DNA of 64,000 nucleotides, from assembly GCA_016193285.1 (NCBI GenBank), contig JACPSL010000025.1:58523-122522 (forward strand). The letters are read 5' to 3'. The stretch is from Candidatus Melainabacteria bacterium. Its GTDB lineage: Bacteria; Cyanobacteriota; Vampirovibrionia; 2-02-FULL-35-15. The position numbers and the translations under genes were made by a program. The notes under the pieces are model-generated. The model was not told the DNA's origin and made no database searches. It saw nothing but the letters and a program-made list of their open reading frames with translations. Positions within the stretch are counted from its first letter, which is position 1, and every line of letters starts with the position of its first letter. Positions 1 through 10,229 of this stretch are shown here, piece after piece.

Positions 1-1142
1 TAAAAGCAACTAGTGAAATTAAAACAAAACCAACTCAACATGGTGTTGAAATTTTAAGAGGAAAAGGTGTTCAACCAGACATTTTAGTTTGTAGGACTGA
101 AAAAACAATTCCAAAAGCTATTAAAGAAAAGTTATCACTTTACACAGATGTTCCAATTGAATCTGTAATTGAGTGCAAGGATCAAAAATCAATATACGAG
201 GTTCCTCTTGCTCTTGAAAAAGAAGGCTTAGCTGAAAGAATCCTAGATAAACTTTGCCTTGTAAGTAGTCCTCCTGATTTAAACAGCTGGCAAGAACTTG
301 TAAATAAGCTTAAAAAGCCAGAAGGAGTTAATGGGAAAAAATTAATTAAAATTGCAATTGTTGGAAAATATGTAAGATTATCAGATTCATATATTAGTGT
401 TGTAGAAGCTATTAATCATGCTAGTGCACATGTAGGTATAGAAACTGAAATAAGATGGGTTTTGTCAGATGATTTGGATAACACTACAGATCTAAAAGAT
501 TTGTTTAGTGATATTGAAGGAGTTATTGTGCCAGGAGGATTTGGAGACAGAGGTATTGAAGGAAAAATAAATGCAATTAAATATGCAAGAGAAAATAAAT
601 TACCTTATTTAGGACTTTGTTTAGGAATGCAATGTGCTGTAATCGAGTTTGCAAGAAATGTATGTGGTTTAACAGGAGCAAATAGCACTGAGTTTGCACC
701 AGATACTTTACATCCAGTAATAGATTTAATGCCTGATCAAGAAAGTATAACTCAAAAAGGTGGAACAATGAGGCTAGGAAAGTATCCTTGCGTTTTATTA
801 CCAGGTTCAAAATCTAAAACTGTATACAGTGAGGATAATGAAATAATTTATGAAAGGCACAGACACAGGTACGAACTAAATAATTTTTATCGTGAAAGGC
901 TTAATTTAGGAGGAATGACATTTGCAGGTATTTCTCCTGACAATACTTTAGTTGAACTAATCGAATTAAAAAACCACCCATGGTTTGTAGGTAGTCAATT
1001 TCATCCAGAGTTTAAATCTCGTCCTGAAAAACCACATCCATTATTCTTAGGATTTATAAAAACAATTTTAGGATTGCCACTGGAAAAAGCAGTCAGCAAT
1101 CAGCAATCAGCAATTAGCTCTCAGCAGTCAGCTAAGAGCTGA
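1..1142 (+). CDS. pyrG: CTP synthase, C-terminal glutamine amidotransferase portion (5' end lies outside the window)
   Basis: The frame is open from the window edge and continuous with ORF 462..1142. GATase type-1 motifs (GLCLGMQ, HPEF) are present. The upstream translation reads KTKPTQH...CRTE, typical of CTP synthase. Confidence 0.9.
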   Translation, partial: KATSEIKTKPTQHGVEILRGKGVQPDILVCRTEKTIPKAIKEKLSLYTDVPIESVIECKDQKSIYEVPLALEKEGLAERILDKLCLVSSPPDLNSWQELVNKLKKPEGVNGKKLIKIAIVGKYVRLSDSYISVVEAINHASAHVGIETEIRWVLSDDLDNTTDLKDLFSDIEGVIVPGGFGDRGIEGKINAIKYARENKLPYLGLCLGMQCAVIEFARNVCGLTGANSTEFAPDTLHPVIDLMPDQESITQKGGTMRLGKYPCVLLPGSKSKTVYSEDNEIIYERHRHRYELNNFYRERLNLGGMTFAGISPDNTLVELIELKNHPWFVGSQFHPEFKSRPEKPHPLFLGFIKTILGLPLEKAVSNQQSAISSQQSAKS

Positions 1143-1161
1143 GGATTGTTTTGAGATAATC

Positions 1162-1455
1162 TTATTCTCTTAATAGATTTTCTATTGTCAGTGCTATTGC
1201 TTGAAACTTACTTACATATCTTGAAAGCCCATCACTTATTGTTTCTTTATCTTCTTCAGATGGATCAATATTTTTAAGTTTTATTTCATATAGTTCAAGC
1301 AAGTGTCTGTCAGTATCTAGTTCAACCTGATATCGATACAATACCATCAAAATTTCTTTGCTAATGTTTTGATTTTTAACTTCATTTTCAAGTAAATTCC
1401 AGAGGTAATTCCAACCTGCTTTTGCACGTTCTAATCTCACTTTTAAATCATTCAA
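1162..1455 (-). CDS. hypothetical protein (may be the 3' part of a single gene together with 1448..1660)
   Basis: The ORF fills an intergenic space and is coiled-coil-like. It overlaps the next ORF by 8 nt in another frame, so a frameshift or two small genes are both possible. Confidence 0.3.
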   Translation of the reverse strand: MNDLKVRLERAKAGWNYLWNLLENEVKNQNISKEILMVLYRYQVELDTDRHLLELYEIKLKNIDPSEEDKETISDGLSRYVSKFQAIALTIENLLRE

Positions 1456-1660
1456 ACTTTTTAATCACTTCTCGAAGTTGTTTTCTTATACCACGTAACT
1501 CACTAATATGTTTTTCCGATTCTTCAATAAATTGTTTTTCTTTATCAGTTAAAGAATCTTTATTCTTGTCATCAACAAGAAACTTTATTATTATAAGCTT
1601 CTCAATTTTATTTAATTGAGAAGCTTCTTGAATTAGACGGTTTAGTTTATCTTGGTTCAT
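1448..1660 (-). CDS. hypothetical protein
   Basis: ORF only, lysine/glutamate-rich and helical. Confidence 0.3.
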   Translation of the reverse strand: MNQDKLNRLIQEASQLNKIEKLIIIKFLVDDKNKDSLTDKEKQFIEESEKHISELRGIRKQLREVIKKFE

Positions 1661-1667
1661 ATGAAAA

Positions 1668-2273
1668 TTATATAATCCCTTTTGTAGATCTTGATCCTTT
1701 AATTCTTAAATCAATTTGTTTTGCCTGGTCAAATGCAATTGCAAAAGCCTTAAAGGCTGCTTCAATAATGTGATGTGAATTAGCTCCAGCAATTTGTCTA
1801 AGGTGCAGTGTAAATGGTGCATTAAATGCTAATGCTTTCCAAAACTCAAGATTTAATTCAAGTTCAAAATCATTTATTTTTTCTTTATTAAACTTTAAAT
1901 CATAATAAATAAACGGTCTTGTACAAAGATCTAAAACACATTCAATACATGCTTCATCTAAAGGCACTTTAGTATTTGCATAACGAACTATTCCTTGTCT
2001 ATCATCTAATGCTTCTTTTATAGCCATTCCTAAAACAATACCTACATCTTCTACCGTATGATGTGCATCTATTTCTAAATCTCCACTTGCACTTAAGTCA
2101 AGATCAATAAAGCTATGTTTTTTAAACTGATTTAACATATGATCAAAGAAAGGTATTCCTGTAGCAATTACACCGCTACCATTACCATCAATGTTTAATT
2201 TACAACTTATACTTGTTTCATTTGTTTTGCGTTCTATTTTTGATGTTCTTTTGTTTGTAATTTTTTCTTGCAT
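1668..2273 (-). CDS. hisB: imidazoleglycerol-phosphate dehydratase
   Basis: IGPD signature regions (GIPFFDHML, DAHHTVEDVGI, HHIIEAAFKA) in a 201-aa protein. Confidence 0.9.
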   Translation of the reverse strand: MQEKITNKRTSKIERKTNETSISCKLNIDGNGSGVIATGIPFFDHMLNQFKKHSFIDLDLSASGDLEIDAHHTVEDVGIVLGMAIKEALDDRQGIVRYANTKVPLDEACIECVLDLCTRPFIYYDLKFNKEKINDFELELNLEFWKALAFNAPFTLHLRQIAGANSHHIIEAAFKAFAIAFDQAKQIDLRIKGSRSTKGII

Positions 2274-2295
2274 ATGATAAATTATACCCTAGCTC

Positions 2296-3393
2296 ATGCA
2301 AGATAAATCCTTTTTAATGATCCCTGGCCCTACACCTGTTCCTGAAACAGTACTTGTAGAACTTGCAAAACATCCAATAGGACACAGATCAAAAGAGTTT
2401 TCTGATATTTTTATATCTTGTGTCAATGATTTAAAGTGGCTTGGAAAAACAAAAGACTCAGATGCATTTATTTACACTGCAAGTGGTACTGGTGCAATGG
2501 AAGCAGCAATTGCAAATGTAATTTCACCAGGCACTAAAGTTTTATCTTTAGTAATTGGGATTTTTGGAAAAAGATTTAGTCAAATAGCACAAGCTTTTGG
2601 GGCAAGCGTTGAAATGATGACAGTAGAACCAGGTAAAGTTATTAATTCAAAACTTTTAGAAGAAAAATTAATTCAAGATAAAAATAAAGAAATTAAAGTT
2701 ATAACAGTTACACATAGTGAAACATCTACAGGTGCAGCTAATGATTTAGAAACAATTTCAAAAATTGTAAAAAATCATGGTGCCTTGTTAATTGTTGATG
2801 CAGTAACAAGTCTTGGTTGCATGAATGTAGAAATTGATAATTGGGGCTTGGACATTGTAATTTCTGGATCACAAAAAGGCTTTATGATTCCACCAGGGCT
2901 AAGTTTTATTTATGTAAGTCCAAAAGCTTGGGAATATTACAAAAATTCCAAGAGCCCAAAATTTTATTTTGATTTTGGAAAACATAAAAAATCTTTAGAT
3001 GAACAAACAACACCATTTACTCCAAATGTTTCATTTGTTTGTGCATTAAAAAAATCATTTGAAATAATGAAAAAAGAAGGTTTAGAAAATATTATTAAAA
3101 GACATGATGGGTTAAAAACTAGACTAAGAGCTGGACTTAAAGAACTTAATTTAAAACTTCTTACTGAAGATAAAGATTCTAGTGCAGCAATTACAGCAAT
3201 TTATCCACCAAATAGAGTTTTAGTCCCAGACATAAGAGCTGCCTACAAAAAAGATTGGGATATTACTGTTGCAAATGGGCAGGACACTCTTAAAGATAAA
3301 ATCTTTCGTATTGGACATTTAGGGTTTATTAGTGACAGGGATATTGAGATGACATTGGCTGTGACAGAAAAAGTGTTTAAGAAACTTATGTAA
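2296..3393 (+). CDS. class V aminotransferase (serine--pyruvate / alanine--glyoxylate aminotransferase-like)
   Basis: PLP fold-type I class V pattern (SGSQKG lysine motif), 365 aa. Confidence 0.8.
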   Translation: MQDKSFLMIPGPTPVPETVLVELAKHPIGHRSKEFSDIFISCVNDLKWLGKTKDSDAFIYTASGTGAMEAAIANVISPGTKVLSLVIGIFGKRFSQIAQAFGASVEMMTVEPGKVINSKLLEEKLIQDKNKEIKVITVTHSETSTGAANDLETISKIVKNHGALLIVDAVTSLGCMNVEIDNWGLDIVISGSQKGFMIPPGLSFIYVSPKAWEYYKNSKSPKFYFDFGKHKKSLDEQTTPFTPNVSFVCALKKSFEIMKKEGLENIIKRHDGLKTRLRAGLKELNLKLLTEDKDSSAAITAIYPPNRVLVPDIRAAYKKDWDITVANGQDTLKDKIFRIGHLGFISDRDIEMTLAVTEKVFKKLM

Positions 3394-4315
3394 TCCTCGG
3401 GTCAATTTTCTTATACAAAAAATCAATTACTACATTTAACGTAGTTAAAATAAATGAAAAAACAATTGCAGTTCCTGTAATTAAAAAATAATCCCTGTTA
3501 GTAAATGCAGTAACAAAATATCTTCCTATGCCAGGAATTGCAAAAAGATACTCAACTACAAATGAGCCTGTAATTAAAATTGCAATTATTGGACCTAAAA
3601 TTGTGATTAAAGAAATTAAACAATTTTTAAATGCATGCTTAAAAATAATCTTATGTATTGGAAGTCCTTTTGCTAATGCTGTTTTTATGTATTCTTCTCC
3701 AAATTGTTCAAGCATTTGAGATCTAACTATTCTTGCAATGTAAGCCATTGGCAAAAAAGAAAGTGTGATAACAGGCAAAATCATATGTAGTGGGCTTTCC
3801 CATAAAGCAACAGGTAAAACTTTTAGCTTTAATCCAAATATGTTTATTAAAATTGCTCCTATTAAAAAATTAGGTAAAGAGATTCCAAGAAGAACTAGAA
3901 GTAGCAAGATCACATTGTTCTTGAAATATGCAGACATAACCCCAATAATTATTCCAAGTGGTATTGAAATTACTAGTGCAAGAAAACCTAAAGTAAAAGA
4001 TACAGGCATTGCTGAAAATAAAATCTCACTTACAGATCTGTTTACATATTTTAATGATGGTCCAAGATCACCTTTAAATAAAGAAGAAATATACATAAGG
4101 TATTGGATATAAACAGGTTTATTTAAATTATATTTTGCTTCTAAGTTTGCAATTGTTTCTGGTGGCAAACTTTTATTTCCAACAAATGGACTTCCTGGTA
4201 CAAGATAAAGTAATAAAAATGTAATTGATGCAACTAAAAAAGTTGTTAAAAAGATTTTTGCTATACCAAAGAATAAAGTTCTCACGCAGTCATCCCAATT
4301 ATATATTTTTGCCAA
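3386..4315 (-). CDS. ABC transporter permease, Opp/Dpp (peptide/nickel) family
   Basis: Six predicted TM segments and a permease architecture with an EAA-like loop region, 309 aa. Confidence 0.7.
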   Translation of the reverse strand: MAKIYNWDDCVRTLFFGIAKIFLTTFLVASITFLLLYLVPGSPFVGNKSLPPETIANLEAKYNLNKPVYIQYLMYISSLFKGDLGPSLKYVNRSVSEILFSAMPVSFTLGFLALVISIPLGIIIGVMSAYFKNNVILLLLVLLGISLPNFLIGAILINIFGLKLKVLPVALWESPLHMILPVITLSFLPMAYIARIVRSQMLEQFGEEYIKTALAKGLPIHKIIFKHAFKNCLISLITILGPIIAILITGSFVVEYLFAIPGIGRYFVTAFTNRDYFLITGTAIVFSFILTTLNVVIDFLYKKIDPRIT

Positions 4316-4800
4316 TTTGGAAAAACAGATACTGCAAGTCTTTTTGCTTCAAAATACAAATGGCCATATGGAGTTCTTGGATGTTTTAAAAGATGCATAC
4401 CAACTTCTTTTGGCGTGCGATCTCCTTTTTTTACATTACACTTTTGACAAGAAGCCACAACATTTTCCCAAGAATCATTGCCACCTCGGCTTCTAGGAAT
4501 TACATGATCTATTGTTAAGTCACTTGTTTTGGCTCCACAGTATTGACAAGAGAATTGATCTCTGTACATTAAATTTTTTCGTGTTAACGGGATTTCTTTA
4601 TGTGGCACACTTATGTACTTTCTTAGCCTTATTACACTAGGAATGTGAAAGTTAGGATATATTACTTTCCCATTATGTTCTATTTGTTCAGCTTTCCCTT
4701 TGAAAATTAAAATTACTGCTCTTTTCCAATTACAAATATTCAATGGTTCGTATGATGCATTTAAAACTAAAACTCTACTTTTAGAATTAGAATCACTCAT
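4282..4800 (-). CDS. HNH endonuclease family protein
   Basis: HNH motif CQYCG...DHVIPRSRGGNDSWENVVASCQKCN. It overlaps the permease 3' end by 34 nt. Confidence 0.8.
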   Translation of the reverse strand: MSDSNSKSRVLVLNASYEPLNICNWKRAVILIFKGKAEQIEHNGKVIYPNFHIPSVIRLRKYISVPHKEIPLTRKNLMYRDQFSCQYCGAKTSDLTIDHVIPRSRGGNDSWENVVASCQKCNVKKGDRTPKEVGMHLLKHPRTPYGHLYFEAKRLAVSVFPNWQKYIIGMTA

Positions 4801-4959
4801 GGTTAGTATTTTATTTTATACTTAATATTCCCTTTTTATACATAGCACAAAACAAAGTAAGGTTAAAAACCTTGTTTTTTTACTGTTTTCAATGTATTTT
4901 TTAGTTTTTCTATCTTCTAACAAGATATAATTTTATAGGTAAACGAAAAAAAATTAAAC

Positions 4960-6393
4960 ATGAGTATTAAAGAAGCATGTGGGGTTTTTGGTATAGTTGC
5001 TCCTGGTGAAGAAGTTGCCAGGCTTACATTTTTTAGTCTTTATGCTCTACAACACAGAGGACAAGAGAGTTGTGGGATAGCAACTTTTGATAACAAAGAT
5101 GTTTACCTTCATAAAAATATTGGAGTAGTTAGTCAGGTATTTGATGAAAATGTTTTAGCAAAGTTAAAAGGAGATATAGCTATTGGGCATACAAGATACT
5201 CAACAACTGGATCAAACAATATTTATAATGCCCAGCCAATTCTAGTAAGCTACCAAAACACAAAAATTGTTCTTGCACATAATGGTAATTTAGTAAATGC
5301 AACACATTTAAGAAATTTTTTACTCAATGAAGGTTACACATTTGAATCTACAACTGATAGTGAGGTAATGGTAAAACTAATTCTTTATGAACTTAAGAAT
5401 GAAAACAATTTAAAAATAGCAATAAGTAAGATCTTTCAAAATTGTAAAGGTGCATTTTCAGTTGTTATTGGTACAAATGATTATTTAATTGGTGTTAGAG
5501 ATCCTGATGGTATTAGGCCCTTATGTCTTGGAATTACAAGTAATGGGCATCATGTCATTGCATCAGAAAGCTGTGCCTTAGACATTTTAGGTGCAACATT
5601 TATTAGAGATATAGCTCCTGGTGAGATTGTGTATATTAGTAAAAATCAAAATATTGAATCAAGCTTGCTTGTACAAGAAATTAAACCTCATCATTGTATA
5701 TTTGAGCTAATTTATTTTTCAAGACCAGATAGTATTTTTAAAGGTTTAAGTATTTATCATTTCAGGACTGAATTAGGAAGACAACTTGCCAAGGAAGCAC
5801 CTGTAGATGCTGACTATGTGATTTCTGTGCCTGATTCAGGTACTCCTGCTGCAATTGGGTTTGCAGAAGAATCAAAGTTACCATTTACAGAAGCATTAAT
5901 AAAAAACAGATACATTGGGAGAACATTTATTCAACCATCACAAATGTTAAGAGAGCTTGGCATAAGATTAAAGCTAAATCCACTAAGGGACATAATTGCA
6001 GGCAAAAAAATTGTAGTAGTAGATGATTCAATTGTTAGAGGAAATACTTCAAGAAAAATTGTTGCTTTACTAAGAGATTCAGGTGCTAAAAAAGTTCATA
6101 TGAGAATAAGCTCTCCTCCAGTACAATGGCCTTGTTTTTATGGAATTGATATAGATTCACGCGATCAATTAATTGCAGCTAAAAGCAAGTCTTTAACTGA
6201 TGTAACAAAATTCATTGGAGCAGACAGTTTAGAATATATAAGTCATAAAGGAATGATAAAAGCAACTGGATTGCAAAGAGAAGTATTTTGTACTGCTTGT
6301 TTTAGTGGTGAGTATCCTATAGAAATCCCACAAGAATTAGAAGGTGCAAAGTTTAGATATGAAAATTACGAAAAGCAACAATTAACTAAATGA
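4960..6393 (+). CDS. purF: amidophosphoribosyltransferase
   Basis: N-terminal MCG nucleophile (MSIKEACGVFGI), a PRTase motif (VVVDDSIVRGNTS), and C-terminal Cys ligands. Confidence 0.9.
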   Translation: MSIKEACGVFGIVAPGEEVARLTFFSLYALQHRGQESCGIATFDNKDVYLHKNIGVVSQVFDENVLAKLKGDIAIGHTRYSTTGSNNIYNAQPILVSYQNTKIVLAHNGNLVNATHLRNFLLNEGYTFESTTDSEVMVKLILYELKNENNLKIAISKIFQNCKGAFSVVIGTNDYLIGVRDPDGIRPLCLGITSNGHHVIASESCALDILGATFIRDIAPGEIVYISKNQNIESSLLVQEIKPHHCIFELIYFSRPDSIFKGLSIYHFRTELGRQLAKEAPVDADYVISVPDSGTPAAIGFAEESKLPFTEALIKNRYIGRTFIQPSQMLRELGIRLKLNPLRDIIAGKKIVVVDDSIVRGNTSRKIVALLRDSGAKKVHMRISSPPVQWPCFYGIDIDSRDQLIAAKSKSLTDVTKFIGADSLEYISHKGMIKATGLQREVFCTACFSGEYPIEIPQELEGAKFRYENYEKQQLTK

Positions 6394-6812
6394 ACGAGCA
6401 AAATAAAAACATAAAGTCATTAAGGTCTTATCGTACAATAAGATCAATTCAAAGTTTAAAGTTAAAAAAAGACACAAAGATAAATCGTGTTCATGTGCTT
6501 TTAGATCTTTATCAGTGTGATGATAAAGCACTTGCAAAAGCAAGTTTATTAGAGCAAAAAGTAAAAAAAATTCTTGAAGAATTTAAATTAGAACCTAAAA
6601 TCCAAACCTTTTATCAATTTCAACCGTTTGGTGTTACTGCTATTGTTTGTGCTGATGGTATACAATTTACAGTTCATACATGGCCTGAATACAGATCTGC
6701 TGCTATTGATTTGTATTCTTTTGAACTAAGAAGAACTGCTACTCAAATTTGCAATGAACTAAAGTCTATGTTTAAATCTGGTGAATATGAGATGAAGGTA
6801 AGAAGAAGGTAA
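6390..6812 (+). CDS. speH: S-adenosylmethionine decarboxylase proenzyme (small SpeH type)
   Basis: Self-processing and active-site region ...FTVHTWPEY... in a 140-aa protein, overlapping the purF stop. Confidence 0.7.
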   Translation: MNEQNKNIKSLRSYRTIRSIQSLKLKKDTKINRVHVLLDLYQCDDKALAKASLLEQKVKKILEEFKLEPKIQTFYQFQPFGVTAIVCADGIQFTVHTWPEYRSAAIDLYSFELRRTATQICNELKSMFKSGEYEMKVRRR

Positions 6813-6824
6813 AGCAAAAACCTT

Positions 6825-7322
6825 ATGTTTTACGAACCAATCCTTAAAGAACTTAGTGAAGCTAGGATAAAATATTTAGTAATAGGTGGAGTAGCAATTA
6901 ACTTTCATGGTTACAAAAGGCCTACTCATGATCTTGACCTTCTTATTTTACTGAATGAGGAAAATATAAATAAATTTGCGGTTGTAATGAGAAAATTACA
7001 TTTTAAGCCAAGAGTACCAGTTGAGATTGAAGAAATAGCTGATAAGGCAAAGAGGGAAAAGTGGATCAATGAAAAAAATATGAAAGTATTTTCTTTATAT
7101 AATACAGACAATGAAATAGATATAGTTGATGTAATGATTCTTGATTATTTAAATTTTGAAGAGGCTTATAAAAATAGGAAAATTATTAAAATTAAAAATT
7201 TTGAAATCCCGATTGTCTCAATACCTGACCTAACCAAATTAAAGCAAATTGCTGGAAGACCACGTGATTTAATTGACATTAAAGTTTTATCTGAAATGGA
7301 GGATATTACTTATGAGAGCTAA
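6825..7322 (+). CDS. nucleotidyltransferase-fold protein (Pol-beta superfamily; possible toxin-type NTase)
   Basis: GG(x)n...DLDLLI motif, i.e. hG[GS] followed by DxD, characteristic of minimal NTases. Confidence 0.5.
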   Translation: MFYEPILKELSEARIKYLVIGGVAINFHGYKRPTHDLDLLILLNEENINKFAVVMRKLHFKPRVPVEIEEIADKAKREKWINEKNMKVFSLYNTDNEIDIVDVMILDYLNFEEAYKNRKIIKIKNFEIPIVSIPDLTKLKQIAGRPRDLIDIKVLSEMEDITYES

Positions 7323-7488
7323 CTCAGGTGATGATGACTTTATTGATGTAGAACACTTAAAAAGATACATGGATTTATCTCCAGAGAAAAAGCTAGAAAT
7401 ATTAGAAGAAATGAGAGATTTCTTTTGGGTATCTATGCCTGAAGAATCAAAAAAGGTTTGGGAAAAACTTAAAGAAAAAGGCTGGTAA
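7312..7488 (+). CDS. small helical protein translationally coupled to the NTase (ATGA overlap)
   Basis: An internal Met of ORF 7273..7488 (MRANSGDDDF...) overlaps the NTase stop. It is acidic and helical. Confidence 0.3.
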   Translation: MRANSGDDDFIDVEHLKRYMDLSPEKKLEILEEMRDFFWVSMPEESKKVWEKLKEKGW

Positions 7489-7989
7489 TCATGCATTTGC
7501 TTTAGCTATAGCACTGTCAAGATCTTTTTCAAAGGTAAACAGTCTATTCAGGCTAGTTATTTCAAATACTTCATAGATGTTAGGAATTATATTACAAAGT
7601 ATTAACTTATGTCCACCATCTTTAGCTTTTTTATTTAGAGTAATAAATTTCCCAAAAATAGCAGAACTCATATAGTCTACCTCTTGAAAATTTAAAACTA
7701 ATGTTCTTTTACCAGTACTAGGTACTCCATCTTGGGATGGAGGAATGAGAGGAATAAGAGGCAAATACTTATCCATGATATGAAATAGTTGCTCACCTAT
7801 TATTTGAATATTTTGTTTATCTTTTATTATTGCATCTTGCAAAGTTACAATTAATGCATTACCTTCTATGGGTCCAATTTCTAGTCTTTTTCTTTGGTTT
7901 CGGTAAGGAAGATCATCTGGGAAGTTAACTGGCGCATGTTGTATACAGATAGTAGGACTAAGTAGTGATGGTGTTCTTTGAACTCGCAT
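7489..7989 (-). CDS. STAS-domain protein (anti-sigma-factor-antagonist-like) with an N-terminal extension
   Basis: The C-terminal ~100 aa match the STAS pattern (LVLNFQEVDYMSSAIFGKF...ILCNI...VFEITSL). Confidence 0.55.
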   Translation of the reverse strand: MRVQRTPSLLSPTICIQHAPVNFPDDLPYRNQRKRLEIGPIEGNALIVTLQDAIIKDKQNIQIIGEQLFHIMDKYLPLIPLIPPSQDGVPSTGKRTLVLNFQEVDYMSSAIFGKFITLNKKAKDGGHKLILCNIIPNIYEVFEITSLNRLFTFEKDLDSAIAKANA

Positions 7990-8083
7990 ATTAATTTTTT
8001 CCTTCTTAAAAAATATTTTTTAATTGGATTTAGTTTAACAGGATTAAAAATATTTTCAAATACGTATTTTGTATAAATTAATT

Positions 8084-9346
8084 TTAAATTCTTCTAAGTG
8101 CTAATACTGTGTTATGTCCTCCAAATCCTAAAGCGGATACTAATGCAATATTTACTTTTTGTTCTCTTGCTTTATTTGGTACATAGTCTAAATCACACTC
8201 AGGATCAGGGGTTTGGTAATTAATTGTTGGGGTGATAATTCCATGCCCTATTGTTAAAACGGTTGCAGCAGCTCCAAGTGGACCAGCAGCACCAATTAAA
8301 TGGCCAGTCATAGATTTTGAACTTGTAACAGCAAGCTTTTTAGCATGTTCACCAAATACTTTTTTAATAGCAAGTGTTTCCCTACTATCATTTAAAGGAG
8401 TTGATGTACCATGTGCATGAATGTAGTCTACATCTTCAAGCTTAATTCTTGCATCTTTAATAGCTTCAAGCATTGCACGTGCACTACCATCTCCTGTTTC
8501 ATGTGGAGCAGTAATATGTGAAGCATCACAAGTAGCACCACCACTTATAATTTCAGCATAGATTTTAGCACCCCTTTTTTTTGCATGTTCTAGTTCTTCA
8601 AATACAAATACTACTGATCCTTCACCCATTACAAAACCATCTCTTTCTTTACTAAAAGGGCAAGATGCCATTTCCGGAGAACAATTTCTTTTTGAAAGTG
8701 CACCCATGTTACTAAAAGATGCCATGCTTACTGGGTTTATTGTAGCTTCAGTTCCACCTGTGATAACTACATCTGCTTTGTTTAATCTAATCCAGTTTAA
8801 TGCATCTAGCATAGAATCAAGTCCGCTAGCACAAGCAGTAGAATCAGATTTCGCTCTGCCTTTTAATCCCCATAATATACCGATATAACCCGAAGGTGCA
8901 TTTGGCATAAGTCTTATAATTGTTCTTACACCAATTTTTTTTTGTCCTTCAGTTATTAAAATGGTTTGATCATTACAGGTGGTGTTTATACCACCAATAC
9001 CAGTTCCAACAAATACAGCAACTCTCTCAGTATTTAATTTTGAAAAATTAATTAATGAATCTTCAATTGCAAGCTTACTTGCTACAACAGCAAACTGAGT
9101 AACTTTATCCATATCTTTTTGTAATGTTTTTAAAAGTTTTGGATCAGTAAAGTAATTTTCTAAATAAAAATTTTTAATTTCACCTGCAATTTTTATATCA
9201 ACTTTTTCCCAATCTTTATTTTCACTAGTACTAATCCTAGAAACACCACTTTTGCCTGATTTCAGACTTTCCCAAAAATCAACTTTTCCTATACCTACAG
9301 AAGTTACAGGGCCAATTCCAGTTATTACAACTCTTTTGTGTTGCAT
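8084..9346 (-). CDS. fabF: 3-oxoacyl-[acyl-carrier-protein] synthase II
   Basis: KAS II active-site regions (DSACASG Cys; HAHGTSTPLND and GHLIGAAG His motifs), 420 aa. Confidence 0.9.
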   Translation of the reverse strand: MQHKRVVITGIGPVTSVGIGKVDFWESLKSGKSGVSRISTSENKDWEKVDIKIAGEIKNFYLENYFTDPKLLKTLQKDMDKVTQFAVVASKLAIEDSLINFSKLNTERVAVFVGTGIGGINTTCNDQTILITEGQKKIGVRTIIRLMPNAPSGYIGILWGLKGRAKSDSTACASGLDSMLDALNWIRLNKADVVITGGTEATINPVSMASFSNMGALSKRNCSPEMASCPFSKERDGFVMGEGSVVFVFEELEHAKKRGAKIYAEIISGGATCDASHITAPHETGDGSARAMLEAIKDARIKLEDVDYIHAHGTSTPLNDSRETLAIKKVFGEHAKKLAVTSSKSMTGHLIGAAGPLGAAATVLTIGHGIITPTINYQTPDPECDLDYVPNKAREQKVNIALVSALGFGGHNTVLALRRI

Positions 9347-9378
9347 AGATTTCTATTTAGTTAGCAAAACATCTTTTA

Positions 9379-10110
9379 TTATACAGAAAGCTGGTTTTTG
9401 TGTAAGGCTTCGTTTGTTATGTCTCTAAGTATATTAGGTTTCTTTGCTAAGCTTTCTATGCCATGTCGCAGGGCATATAAAACTGCTTGAGTACGGTCGC
9501 TGACATTGAGTTTAGTAAATATATTGTTAACGTGTGTTTTTACAGTTGATTCACTAATAAATAATAGTTTAGCAATTTGTTTGTAATTTACTCCTTGTGT
9601 TAAAGAATGAAGTACTTCAGTCTCTCTTGCAGTAAGAAGCTCTAGCAAGTCTTTGTTTGACAATGTTTCTACTTTATGTGTTTGCAAAATTGTTCTTAGC
9701 TCAAGTGTTGTTTTCCCACATAAAAACAGTTGTTCTTTTTTTAATTGTTTCATTGCAAGTTCTGTTGACTCTAAAAAATTCTCACCCCATATAAGTGCAT
9801 CAGCTCCGCTTGTTAAATAGTTTAAAATTTTTGGTTTGTCATTTTCATTAATTATTATAGTTACTTTTGTATTTGGTAATAATTTCTTTGCTTTAACAAG
9901 AACTTCTGATAGCTCAATTACTCCTGGCAATGCTGAGGATATAAATAAAAAATTTGGTTTTGTGTTTTCTAATTCTAAGAGCAGACTTTCTTTTGTGTTT
10001 ATAGTAGATCGATTGCTTATTTGGATTTTTAAATTGTTGAAAAATCTGTATAAGTTTTCATGATTTAAAGATACATTTAATGCAATTAGGGCTGTACGTA
10101 AATCTTGCAT
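9379..10110 (-). CDS. LuxR/NarL-family transcriptional regulator
   Basis: C-terminal LuxR helix-turn-helix (LTARETEVLHSLTQGVNYKQIAKLLFISESTVKTHVNNIFTKL); the N-terminal part is receiver-like. Confidence 0.7.
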   Translation of the reverse strand: MQDLRTALIALNVSLNHENLYRFFNNLKIQISNRSTINTKESLLLELENTKPNFLFISSALPGVIELSEVLVKAKKLLPNTKVTIIINENDKPKILNYLTSGADALIWGENFLESTELAMKQLKKEQLFLCGKTTLELRTILQTHKVETLSNKDLLELLTARETEVLHSLTQGVNYKQIAKLLFISESTVKTHVNNIFTKLNVSDRTQAVLYALRHGIESLAKKPNILRDITNEALHKNQLSV

Positions 10111-10229
10111 AGTCTTGTTCTCCTTGTTATAGATATATTTTGCTTACTCTAATGTTTTAGGCAAAATAAAGGGTTTGCTATCAGGGGAAGCCCTAGCTAA
10201 ACATGCAGTATGGTTAAATTTGTTAAAGG

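Noticed and set aside
577-4112. Antisense and embedded ORFs 577..810, 3528..3719 and 3765..4112
   Set aside because: They lie wholly inside, and antisense to, well-supported genes (pyrG, ABC permease). They are AT-rich frame artefacts.
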